From positions 21,183-85,182 of IMG/VR virus record IMGVR_UViG_3300020049_008087: DNA of 64,000 nt. One strand, given 5' to 3'. Of the stretch, positions 45,604 through 54,400 are shown piece by piece. The translations under genes and the position numbers were made by a program. Each line of letters opens with the position of its first letter. Within the stretch, counting starts at the first letter, position 1. Source of the DNA: a virus. Its lineage: Duplodnaviria > Caudoviricetes. The notes beneath the pieces are model-generated. The model searched no databases. It was not told the origin of the DNA and saw only the letters and a program-made list of their open reading frames with translations.

Positions 45604-45609
45604 TCATGC

Positions 45610-45638
45610 ATTATAGCACAAGATGCTCTTTGTGTCAA
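45610..45638 (-). promoter_or_regulatory. Sigma70 promoter positioned to give a leaderless tilS mRNA
   Basis: TTGACA-17-TATAAT ends 6 nt before ATG; no SD. Confidence 0.7.
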
Positions 45639-45818
45639 CTATTTTTTCAGCATATTTTTGATAAGTTGAACTATTTTGGGCTGTTGACTGTCAGCCATCA
45701 TCTTGATAGCCAACAGCTTGTCCTCATAGCTATTGGATTGCAGTAAATCTGTTGGGATAGTCAATTTCTTTTTGCTGGGCTTTAGCTTGTCCAGCTGCTT
45801 TTTCATATCATCATCCAT
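45639..45818 (-). CDS. 59-aa hypothetical protein (MDDDMKKQLDKLKPSKKK...), not in ORF track
   Basis: Manual translation; AAGG RBS. Confidence 0.55.
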   Translation of the reverse strand: MDDDMKKQLDKLKPSKKKLTIPTDLLQSNSYEDKLLAIKMMADSQQPKIVQLIKNMLKK

Positions 45819-45889
45819 TGTTGTTACCTTTGTTATTATTATTATTATTTTGAATCAACAATGCTTATATGTATAAACACGGTATGTTC

Positions 45890-46327
45890 TTATGTTACTT
45901 TGTTTCGTTCAAAGCTACGCCACATGTTTTTACCAGCTGAGGTCTGGGTAGTACTGGGTTTGATATCGTTGCCTAACTCTCTGACAAACTTATACACTTC
46001 TGTTGCGACTCCTTTCTTTTGGTGGCTGTACTGTACATTCACATTGCCACCGATTATATAAGGATCTTTTTTAATACCCACTCTGAACCCAAACATGTTT
46101 CGTCTTTCTGGGTCATAATCTATAATCACGAATCTGAAATTGCCAATTTTATTGCCTTTATCATCCGTTGCAGTTACCATGAACTGGTGAGGCTGACTGG
46201 TATCCATGCCATGCGCAACCAAAGTCAATGGACCAATTCCTGGAACCTCAATCTTTTTTTCACTGTGGAAATCCTTTAAGGCCAACTTGGGATTTATTAC
46301 TTCAGTTACAAATTCGTTAGCTCTCAT
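45890..46327 (-). CDS. MRANEF-tagged protein, GNAT-like
   Basis: V...HQKKGVATEVY (motif A-like) and QTSAG..MW. Confidence 0.6.
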   Translation of the reverse strand: MRANEFVTEVINPKLALKDFHSEKKIEVPGIGPLTLVAHGMDTSQPHQFMVTATDDKGNKIGNFRFVIIDYDPERRNMFGFRVGIKKDPYIIGGNVNVQYSHQKKGVATEVYKFVRELGNDIKPSTTQTSAGKNMWRSFERNKVT

Positions 46328-48213
46328 GTTACTGGTACCACCGTGAATTCGCCTTCGTCACCTTGCCTGTTTTGTCTTAGCCAGTTAATTGCATAATGAT
46401 TGGCCTGTCCTTGATCACTGCGATATACAAAACTGTATACTGCACGACCATCTTGATCTAATATAAACCAACGAGTGTTACCTGGTGGTAGACTGCCGGT
46501 CTCTTGTGCCGGTCGCTGTGGTGCTGCCGCCCGTACATTAAACTCTCTTGGGTCCAGTCCCGGTGGCATCATGCTGGCGCGCCATCTTTGCAACATATCG
46601 TATGCTTCTTGGGTATTACTAACTCTGAATCTATAAACTGAATTGCCTGATCTGACTGCATAAACTTCGTAGTTACCATTGAAATCAACTGGAGGTAGTT
46701 GCCCTTGACTGACACCAGTTAGTTCTTTGTGCAGTGAATCAATTTGTTCTTTTTCTTGTTTGCCTGCCTTGCGTTTTTCTTGTGCGTTTTTAACAAATGC
46801 TTTCAATGCAGCTGCCGGCAGCTCGCCAGCTGAGAATTCAGCAAAGAATTTTATAGTGTCACTGTTGTCACCTTGATCCAGAGTCTTGTACAGTTTCTTC
46901 ATATACTCTTGACGATGCAGTTCGGGCTTCATGGCAATGTCCAAGGACACCACAAAACGCAGCAGGGTATTTTTAAGTTTGTCCGGATCAGCGGCGTACT
47001 CGCCCAGCCAATCACCGCCGGGACTGCGAAACTCTATGTAGCCTGTCTTGGTATTGATGCTGGTATACTTGCTGGTTTGTCCAGTGTGTACAATCTTGCT
47101 GGCCATGGCACTCAAGTTGCCCTGCATCTGGCGCAACATGGTCTGCACCTTGTCAGGATTGGTTTTGGCTATCTGTTGTATCTGAGCCATGGCGCTTTTA
47201 CAATAGGTGTTGCCTGCACGACCAAATTGGTCCAGTACATATTCATCACCCAAGAATATGGCCAGTTTGACATAATCCAGGCGATCCTGGTCAAAGTTGG
47301 GTACACTCACATTCATGTGCAAGCCAGTGCTGTCGTTGGTGTAGCCGCCAATGCGACTGGCCCATTTGGCAACTTTGTCTAGGTCACTCAACATTTCATC
47401 TAAAGGTAGTGGTGGACTGACGAACTCAAGGCCACCATCATCCGGATCATCAGGCTCAAGACTGCTGTCAGGTTCTACCACATACTTGCCGGCTTCTCTG
47501 GTACCGCCATGATAATTTGAACTGGCATTGACCGGGCGTCCAATGGCATCACGAAAGTCAGCAGCCACATCATCAATGCTGACCGTGCCACCTGAGGGTG
47601 CGTCCTGATAGGTCCAGTAAGGCCAGTCCAAGTTGTACTGGTTACCAAAGTCGGACATGGTGCCAATGTCATTGTATGTTAAAAAATTATCAAAATAATC
47701 TTCTTCTTGATAAAACTCGTCACGGAATTCGTCCATGGCTCTTTCATAGTCCGAACCCTCCTCGTCTATTTCAGCTTGCACTCTGGCATCAAACTCATCG
47801 TCGCTTTCATCATCTTGTTGAGCCATTTGTTCACGAACCAATTCATCCAGTCTATTAGAGTTGTTGCTAAGGTATTGATCAAATTGTGTATCTTGATACT
47901 CTGTGTAATTGTCACCCAATGAGTCAAGCGCACTTTGAATAGTAGCGGTGCTGTTATTCATGTCGCCACCTCTAAAGAAGCTAATCACCTCTTGGCGCCA
48001 ACCACGACCAGTGGGGAAACTCTCGTCCATATCATAGTCTGGCTCGCTCTCCATTTCGTAGTCTTCATCACCGTCGGCTGCACCTGGAATGATCATTTCA
48101 AATTCCATGCCTGCTTGGGCATTTATCTTAGACGCCATTTGTTTTAGACTGGTTGGACTCATGCTAACTTCATCCAACATCTGATCTTCGTTTACAAATT
48201 CATGTGCTCTCAT
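46324..48213 (-). CDS. MRAHEF-tagged putative amidoligase (COOH-NH2 ligase fold)
   Basis: GMEFEM, EPDSSL, LEFVSPP, STGLHMNV, KY.SIN, IEFRSPG. Confidence 0.75.
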   Translation of the reverse strand: MRAHEFVNEDQMLDEVSMSPTSLKQMASKINAQAGMEFEMIIPGAADGDEDYEMESEPDYDMDESFPTGRGWRQEVISFFRGGDMNNSTATIQSALDSLGDNYTEYQDTQFDQYLSNNSNRLDELVREQMAQQDDESDDEFDARVQAEIDEEGSDYERAMDEFRDEFYQEEDYFDNFLTYNDIGTMSDFGNQYNLDWPYWTYQDAPSGGTVSIDDVAADFRDAIGRPVNASSNYHGGTREAGKYVVEPDSSLEPDDPDDGGLEFVSPPLPLDEMLSDLDKVAKWASRIGGYTNDSTGLHMNVSVPNFDQDRLDYVKLAIFLGDEYVLDQFGRAGNTYCKSAMAQIQQIAKTNPDKVQTMLRQMQGNLSAMASKIVHTGQTSKYTSINTKTGYIEFRSPGGDWLGEYAADPDKLKNTLLRFVVSLDIAMKPELHRQEYMKKLYKTLDQGDNSDTIKFFAEFSAGELPAAALKAFVKNAQEKRKAGKQEKEQIDSLHKELTGVSQGQLPPVDFNGNYEVYAVRSGNSVYRFRVSNTQEAYDMLQRWRASMMPPGLDPREFNVRAAAPQRPAQETGSLPPGNTRWFILDQDGRAVYSFVYRSDQGQANHYAINWLRQNRQGDEGEFTVVPVT

Positions 48214-48214
48214 A

Positions 48215-49129
48215 TTATTCCTTGCTTTCTTCTACAGCTGGATTGTAGGTCTTAAATAAATTAGGAACATACAATCTGCTACTTGATTTTTTCTCTGCTT
48301 CTTTTAGTGTTGCACCAAAAATATCCATGGGCATCAGCCGTTCTTCATTCTCTCGAAGTTGCTTGCCATTTACAGTTTCACTGATAATGATTTCACTCGG
48401 GCCCGGCTTGCCAGTGGTTTGTGCATGCGACCATTCACTGTAAAGAGACTTGGGGTCAATTCTGTGTCCACTGCCATCAGTGATCTTAAATCCCTGAGGT
48501 CTATTGATTTGCCCAATGATCCACTTAATTCCATCTGATGTTAATTTATCCATGGCAGCAAGTGTTATTTTTTGTTTTTTGACAGTCACCAGATATTGAA
48601 ATAGATTATATATCAATCCACTGTTTGATGAGAAGTTTTTCATTCCCAGTAACCGATCATTGGCCAGATACACCAATGCGTCTATTTTTGAACCACTGGC
48701 AAAAAAATAAATTCTATTTGGACCAGAAGTGAATAAGAAAACTTTTCTTGATCCAATGGTGCCGTCGGCTGTTGCTGCATCAATTATCTGTGCGTCTGAT
48801 AGATTAAGATCACCCAATGATGATGAGAAATCAATCTCATCAACTATTTGGGTTGGCCCTTCTGCTACCGCTTGTTCATCTAATTGGTGCAGTCGCTCTA
48901 CTTGTTTTACTTTTACTCCAGGCAAACTGTCGCCCCATTTTCGTATGAAGTAATTTTTAAAATCATCCAGTTCTGCGTTTGCACTGGCACGAATCTTGTA
49001 CTCTTGCCCATTGGTCAAGTCTACTCTCCACAGATAGTAGTTTGATCTTTGTGATTGAGCCGGCTGAGCACTTACAAAGTGAAATACCCCAGGTGGTGCG
49101 GCTTCAATTACAAATTCTATGGCTCTCAT
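48215..49129 (-). CDS. MRAIEF-tagged two-domain protein (C-terminal domain weakly GNAT-like)
   Basis: Internal AVAEG linker; D.LT.DG.KW motif. Confidence 0.55.
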   Translation of the reverse strand: MRAIEFVIEAAPPGVFHFVSAQPAQSQRSNYYLWRVDLTNGQEYKIRASANAELDDFKNYFIRKWGDSLPGVKVKQVERLHQLDEQAVAEGPTQIVDEIDFSSSLGDLNLSDAQIIDAATADGTIGSRKVFLFTSGPNRIYFFASGSKIDALVYLANDRLLGMKNFSSNSGLIYNLFQYLVTVKKQKITLAAMDKLTSDGIKWIIGQINRPQGFKITDGSGHRIDPKSLYSEWSHAQTTGKPGPSEIIISETVNGKQLRENEERLMPMDIFGATLKEAEKKSSSRLYVPNLFKTYNPAVEESKE

Positions 49130-50121
49130 TTTCTCAATCCAAGTGCAGCCAAATAGCTTTTAAATTTATCATGACGGTCGGCTAAGCCATTCATGTTGGG
49201 GTTGATTGGTTTAGTTACTTGTCTGGTGTCGCTGAAGTTGTCAACGTTGGGTCGTACTCTGGTATTCCAATACCACAGTGCAATTTTGGCAGCTATCATG
49301 GGCTTGCTGGCCAACTCAGGATTTTGTTCCAGTGGCAGATTCAATGCCTCACCTGCTTTACGATAATTTTCGCGCCCAGTGATCTGTATAAAGCCTCTGC
49401 CCTTGAAACGCTCACCATCGCCACGGTATATGTTACCCAAGTCGCGTCTGCCTTCATATGATTTGCCGCTGCTGTATTCATGCATGCTGCTGAAGTTGGC
49501 TGACTCATGTGCGCACTGACTCATAAATGCTGCCAGTTCATGTCCACGCATGCCAGTGTTGACTGCTACTGAGTGTAGCACAGTTTCTAAATTAGAATCA
49601 GTTACAGGTTGATAGACTTGTGCAGCTTTTTTTTGTAACGGCTGTCTTGCATTGGCCAACTTGTCGCCCTGGGTGCGCAGGTCTTTTAGTATGTAGTCTA
49701 AATTGCTTTTACTTGCTGCAGGAGTTTTGGCTTTGGCAGTCTGCTGTGCTGCAACATCACGGTCTTTGAGATAGCGTTGCATCACTGACCAATCGGTGGT
49801 ATCAGCGGCTGCGGCTCCGCCACCCAGTGTTGCTGCTAGGGCTGCTGCGGCTGCTTTACTCTTGATACCTTCATCAACTACTTCACCATCATCGTCAACT
49901 CTATTGCTTGCATCTTCTGCCATCAACTTACTAATACGTGGCTTGAATAACTGTACATCACCCTTGTTAGTCTTTAACACAGGTTGGTTATGTTTGTCTT
50001 TGGTAAAGCCTTTAATCTCTGCGGGACTATTCTTAAATTTACCTTTAAGAATCCTGTCACCAACATTTAATTCAGGTGGTTGATAGGACCCAGCTTCAGT
50101 TACGAATTCATTAGCTCTCAT
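49126..50121 (-). CDS. MRANEF-tagged glycoside hydrolase family 19 (lysozyme/chitinase-like)
   Basis: AAFMSQCAHES, YEGRRDLGN...GDG.RFKGRGFIQITGRENY, TK.IN...NGL.DR. Confidence 0.88.
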   Translation of the reverse strand: MRANEFVTEAGSYQPPELNVGDRILKGKFKNSPAEIKGFTKDKHNQPVLKTNKGDVQLFKPRISKLMAEDASNRVDDDGEVVDEGIKSKAAAAALAATLGGGAAAADTTDWSVMQRYLKDRDVAAQQTAKAKTPAASKSNLDYILKDLRTQGDKLANARQPLQKKAAQVYQPVTDSNLETVLHSVAVNTGMRGHELAAFMSQCAHESANFSSMHEYSSGKSYEGRRDLGNIYRGDGERFKGRGFIQITGRENYRKAGEALNLPLEQNPELASKPMIAAKIALWYWNTRVRPNVDNFSDTRQVTKPINPNMNGLADRHDKFKSYLAALGLRK

Positions 50122-51032
50122 GCTCGTTTTCTTAGTAGGAAAAAGGTACCCGCACCCTCTTGAGCATTCTCAAGGTCTCCATCAGCTGGATACTGATCGG
50201 GTGTTAACAATTCATATGCGCCTGACAATCTTTTAACCATGTGTTGATATAGTTTGGCGCGACTGGGTTCACTGGCACTGAACGAAATCCAAACTGGCTT
50301 TTCAGTTTTGATATATCTATTTATTGCATCTACTACTGTGGCAAATATCTGTGCTGCTGCACCTTTGCCAGTGATGTCCATGCTGCCACCTCTGTTAAAA
50401 CTGATGTCAACAATTCCGTTTCTCATTGGAACAAAGTTTATATTAATAGTTCTGCCGTCATTGTCGTAGGCAGTGGCATACAATTCATCTTTAGATTTAA
50501 CACCTTGGATACTTGGACCCGGCATTCTTTCCCACTCTAATGGTAAAGCAGTGCTTTGGTCAAACAGCTCGGTTAGTTCTTGGTTTTTAGTTGCACTTTG
50601 CTTTAAACGAGTTAATTCGTACACAACAAGAGTGCCAGTTTCTGCTCTAAATGCTCTATATCCTGCCGACTTAGCATAACGCTGAACTAATCGGTCATAC
50701 AATTTGGATCTGCTTTGAGTACTTTGTCCTGGATCAACCTCTTTGCTTGCTGAAAATGTCAAACGCTTTGGTTGGTGTTCTTTGATGAATTGTTGTATGG
50801 CATTTAATACAGTCGCAAATATCCTTTGTGCATCACCCTCACCAGTAACTGCTTGGCTGTTACTTCTATAGAACTCAACCTGCCACTCATCACCTTCGTT
50901 ATTGAACATGATGCTTAAATTTGAACCGTCTGGTAATTTGGCCAATACATCATAACTACCAGACTCACTTTTTTCAATATCCGTTGAATAGGGTTGGTCA
51001 AACGCTTCTACTATAAATTCTTTTGCTCTCAT
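50118..51032 (-). CDS. MRAKEF-tagged protein with an internal tandem domain duplication
   Basis: Two copies of TG.G.A..IFATV..AI..(F/Y)I....P....FSAS...SR.KLY..(L/M)V.R. Confidence 0.7.
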   Translation of the reverse strand: MRAKEFIVEAFDQPYSTDIEKSESGSYDVLAKLPDGSNLSIMFNNEGDEWQVEFYRSNSQAVTGEGDAQRIFATVLNAIQQFIKEHQPKRLTFSASKEVDPGQSTQSRSKLYDRLVQRYAKSAGYRAFRAETGTLVVYELTRLKQSATKNQELTELFDQSTALPLEWERMPGPSIQGVKSKDELYATAYDNDGRTININFVPMRNGIVDISFNRGGSMDITGKGAAAQIFATVVDAINRYIKTEKPVWISFSASEPSRAKLYQHMVKRLSGAYELLTPDQYPADGDLENAQEGAGTFFLLRKRA

Positions 51033-51919
51033 TTAATCTTGTCCCATTTATCTACTAGCATATTTTTAAGTGTAACTGTGTTTGGGATTTTATTTTTACG
51101 CATATAATCATTTATCTTGATTGCAGTTGGGTAATCAGTTGAATTAGGTTTACGAGCATTGCTCATGTCTACTCCCAAATTACTATCTGCTTCAGGATAT
51201 CTGCTGCCATAATAGACTAAATCATAGCGAAGTTTTTCTGCACGAGGAGTCAAGTCTGCTTTATTATTTTTGTAAATTAATTCTAACCAAGGTTCAAGAT
51301 ACAGCGTGTGCGGTCTACTTGGAGTAAACCCTTTCTGCGGCTGACCTTTGAGTACAGGTGCAGCTTGCGCGATACCCAATGCGTTGCGAGTATCTTGCAG
51401 TCGCCAAGCTTTTTCATCAGTGTAAAGGTAAGCAGGTATTCCTGCTTTCTTAGCAAGTATTAATATTTGTCTGGTTTCAGGACTGCGTGTTTCACTTTGC
51501 TCTTTGAGTAGTACATGCACACCTCGTACACCACTAATTGGAATCGAGGGCTCTTTTGCGAACACACGGTCTTCTGATTCTCGTGTACGATCAGGACTAT
51601 GTTGCCATGCGCGATCCCAATAATCAATTGGCTTAACTGGATAGCGTTGACTGAACCAATTGCCATCCAGCACAAACATTACTCCACCTGTTCCCACGTA
51701 TCTGTGATAGTCTCCAACTCGGCTGCGAGTAGTGCTAAAGAAATACTGATAGCCCTTGGGAGCATACTGTTCTTCACTCCGGTTGCCCACTACACTGCTT
51801 AACTCAAATGCACCTGATTGCAGAATACGCAGAGCACTGGGTGTGCCGGTATAGTGATACAACACACTGGTTGCACCTTCGGTTACGATTTCTTCAGTGA
51901 TGAATTCACTTGCTCTCAT
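51029..51919 (-). CDS. MRASEF-tagged protein, possible ADP-ribosyltransferase fold
   Basis: LYHYT ... FSTTRS ... ESEDRV, in the order expected for ART strands. Confidence 0.45.
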   Translation of the reverse strand: MRASEFITEEIVTEGATSVLYHYTGTPSALRILQSGAFELSSVVGNRSEEQYAPKGYQYFFSTTRSRVGDYHRYVGTGGVMFVLDGNWFSQRYPVKPIDYWDRAWQHSPDRTRESEDRVFAKEPSIPISGVRGVHVLLKEQSETRSPETRQILILAKKAGIPAYLYTDEKAWRLQDTRNALGIAQAAPVLKGQPQKGFTPSRPHTLYLEPWLELIYKNNKADLTPRAEKLRYDLVYYGSRYPEADSNLGVDMSNARKPNSTDYPTAIKINDYMRKNKIPNTVTLKNMLVDKWDKIK

Positions 51920-52494
51920 TGGAATATCTCAGGGTGCTTCTTGCCCCAAATTTTTATGTATTTACCAGCAACCATGTCAGCCAGCATTTCAATGGGACTA
52001 CCAGGATAGCTGTCGCCATCTTTTATCATGCCCAATTGCATTTGTCGTTCGTGTGTTAGTTCGTGTATGACTGTTCTCAATATATCTACTAGACTTCTAT
52101 TTTTAACATAGATCCATATACTATTACCATGATGAGAACCAGTATGGTGGTTTCCCTGCGCTTCCTCAGTGTCGTAACTGAGTGTAAACTTGGGGTAGGG
52201 TTTTTCAATGTTTAACAGATTGTAGCACCATTTGATACACTGTTGTATATGCTCAATCTTTTGTTCTTTGGATAGTGTAATGCTCTCAGACAGTTGGTGT
52301 TTTATCCAATCGTCGGGAGTTTCATCGTACTGGTCTACAAATAGATCATGTAATTTCTTGCCAGTAATGCCATGCTTGTCACTGATTGCTGTCATTAATT
52401 TATCTATGGTATCATAGTCGTGCTTGGGCAAATCAGGCAGCTGGTCAGCTAATTCTGATTGTGGGGATTCCGTAATAAATTCATTTGCTCTCAT
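51916..52494 (-). CDS. MRANEF-tagged protein with a zincin HExxH motif
   Basis: RTVIHELTHERQ...E..AD. Confidence 0.65.
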   Translation of the reverse strand: MRANEFITESPQSELADQLPDLPKHDYDTIDKLMTAISDKHGITGKKLHDLFVDQYDETPDDWIKHQLSESITLSKEQKIEHIQQCIKWCYNLLNIEKPYPKFTLSYDTEEAQGNHHTGSHHGNSIWIYVKNRSLVDILRTVIHELTHERQMQLGMIKDGDSYPGSPIEMLADMVAGKYIKIWGKKHPEIFQ

Positions 52495-52504
52495 AGTATA
52501 GTAT

Positions 52505-53209
52505 TTATGATACTTTAGCTAAACCCAATTTATCAAGCACCTTGATATAAGCCCAACCCATGTCAAATTCATACCATTTAATAGAGAATTTGGCACTGGC
52601 TGGCTGTAGATGGTGATTGTTATGCAGTTCTTCACCCCCAATTACAATGCCAACTGCACTTATGTTGGTGCTGTGGTCTCTGGATTCACCGTTGCGATAG
52701 CCCAGCCAGTGTGCCACACCGTTGATTACACCCGCAGCCCATATGGGGATCCAAAGCATTTGAATAGCCCATATCAACAGTCCCCAGCCATTGAACAGCA
52801 CAACATCAATGACTAACATACAGGTAATGCCCAGTTTGCTGTGCAGTGTGTACAAGTTGTTCTCTATCCAGTCTGTGGGAGTTCTTTTACCATATTGCTC
52901 AACCATTTCTGCATCACTAGTGGCTTCATGATACAAGAATGCACCCTTTAGCAGCACAGTAAATATACCCCACACATGTGGACTGTGTGGATCACCTGGT
53001 TTATCTGAATACACATGATGTTTACGATGCACAGCCACCCATTGTTTTGTAACCATGCCTGTGGTCAACCATAGCCAAAATCGCATAAAGTGACTGACTG
53101 CTGGATGAAACTGAACCGCCATGTGTGCTTGGCTTCTGTGTAGGTATAGTGTAACGCACATGATGGTAATGTGTGTCATCACCAGTGTGTAGATGAGTTC
53201 TGTTGGCAA
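52505..53209 (-). CDS. Membrane fatty acid (delta-9-like) desaturase
   Basis: His boxes HRSQAH, HRKHH, HNNHH; D..GDPHSP; TTG start. Confidence 0.9.
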   Translation of the reverse strand: MPTELIYTLVMTHITIMCVTLYLHRSQAHMAVQFHPAVSHFMRFWLWLTTGMVTKQWVAVHRKHHVYSDKPGDPHSPHVWGIFTVLLKGAFLYHEATSDAEMVEQYGKRTPTDWIENNLYTLHSKLGITCMLVIDVVLFNGWGLLIWAIQMLWIPIWAAGVINGVAHWLGYRNGESRDHSTNISAVGIVIGGEELHNNHHLQPASAKFSIKWYEFDMGWAYIKVLDKLGLAKVS

Positions 53210-53242
53210 AATATTCTCTTTATAAAAGCTCACTTTTAAAAT

Positions 53243-53305
53243 GCATCGGGGCACGACTCCCTATCATTTTAAGGCAGCAGCCGCCTATCACGGTCCTAAG
53301 CGTGA
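53243..53305 (-). ncRNA. Candidate structured RNA in the desaturase leader
   Basis: GC-rich island with three hairpins (CACG/CGTG, AGGC/GCCT, GGG/CCC) and a repeated TGATAGG. Confidence 0.3.
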
Positions 53306-53877
53306 ATTCTTTTGATTCTGTCTTTGATGAGGTCTACTACCTGTTTGTTCATTACGATTTCATAATGATTTTGAGCAATGTCTATGAGTTCCATATCTTG
53401 CCCATGATGTCGTTGACTGGATACGGTTACTACGCCGTCATTGTCTTGTAGGATCCAGGGGCTGGATCCTCTGGTAGTGACCACATTACACCAGGGATGA
53501 CGTATATGCATTTGATCTGCCTGTCGCATAGCCCAACTGCTGGGCCCAATGTCTTTGAGCAGTCTGCTATAGGGCATGAAATACTTGGCCACATCTGCCA
53601 CTTCGGCACCACCATAGGGAGTGCTCAGAGTAACTGCGCCCAATACCTGTTGAGGCATAGCGTTGGCCAAGTGCAGTGCATAGATACCACCCAAGCTGTG
53701 ACAAATGAAGAATACGTTGTTATGATTTTCCAATTGGTACAACATGTTGGCCAGATTTTTCTGAAAGCCATTTCTGCTGTCATACTCAATCACCATGTCA
53801 TTGCCACCAATATGTTCTCTGATATAGTTGAAGCTTTCGCTGGTGGCGCTGGCGCCATGTATATACACTAACAGCAT
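53296..53877 (-). CDS. Alpha/beta hydrolase (lipase/esterase-like)
   Basis: HGAS oxyanion motif, CHSLGG nucleophile elbow, DNDGVV, NH. Confidence 0.85.
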   Translation of the reverse strand: MLLVYIHGASATSESFNYIREHIGGNDMVIEYDSRNGFQKNLANMLYQLENHNNVFFICHSLGGIYALHLANAMPQQVLGAVTLSTPYGGAEVADVAKYFMPYSRLLKDIGPSSWAMRQADQMHIRHPWCNVVTTRGSSPWILQDNDGVVTVSSQRHHGQDMELIDIAQNHYEIVMNKQVVDLIKDRIKRIHA

Positions 53878-53958
53878 ATTAATGCGGGCTATATGGATTC
53901 AGTGGTCTATCTGACTCTTGTTCCTGCGGAGGATAAACTGGATAATCGTTTGGTCCCA

Positions 53959-54399
53959 TTATTCTCTTTCCTTCTTTAGTACACTGCGCAGCATCCAGCC
54001 ATGCTTACCATGAGCATCAATGCGTTCAGCTATGAAGTTGGCAATGCCCTGATTTGTTTCGTTGGCTATGGGGAAGATTTCATTCAACAGCATGAGCATC
54101 TTGCTGTTATCTTCGTATAGCTCAGCGATCATCAACTGTGCTCTGGGGATTTTAGTTTGTTCTTGTATGACGCTTAACTCTGCAAACCGTGCCATGCTGC
54201 CTGGTGTATAGGTGTCTAGTACACGAATAAACTCAGCACTACGGTCAATGGTATTGTCATACACTTCACTGTATAGATCACCAAAGAATTCGTGTAGCTG
54301 TGGAAAATCACTGCCCTCCACGTTCCAGTGAAAGTTCTGTGCTTTGATACTAAACACATAGCTGGTTGCCAATAAAACTTTTAAACTGTCTGCTAACAT
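53959..54399 (-). CDS. dps: Dps / ferritin-like DNA starvation protection protein
   Basis: NFHWNVEG..F..LHE.F..LY...D..AE.IR; K..WML. Confidence 0.92.
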   Translation of the reverse strand: MLADSLKVLLATSYVFSIKAQNFHWNVEGSDFPQLHEFFGDLYSEVYDNTIDRSAEFIRVLDTYTPGSMARFAELSVIQEQTKIPRAQLMIAELYEDNSKMLMLLNEIFPIANETNQGIANFIAERIDAHGKHGWMLRSVLKKERE

Positions 54400-54400
54400 A

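Noticed and set aside
53266-53304. Twister-like strings on the plus strand (UAA-GGCA-GC and GGUCCUAAGC)
   Set aside because: The P4 closing pairs and the P2 partner with the catalytic G-A are not in place, so the resemblance is partial.
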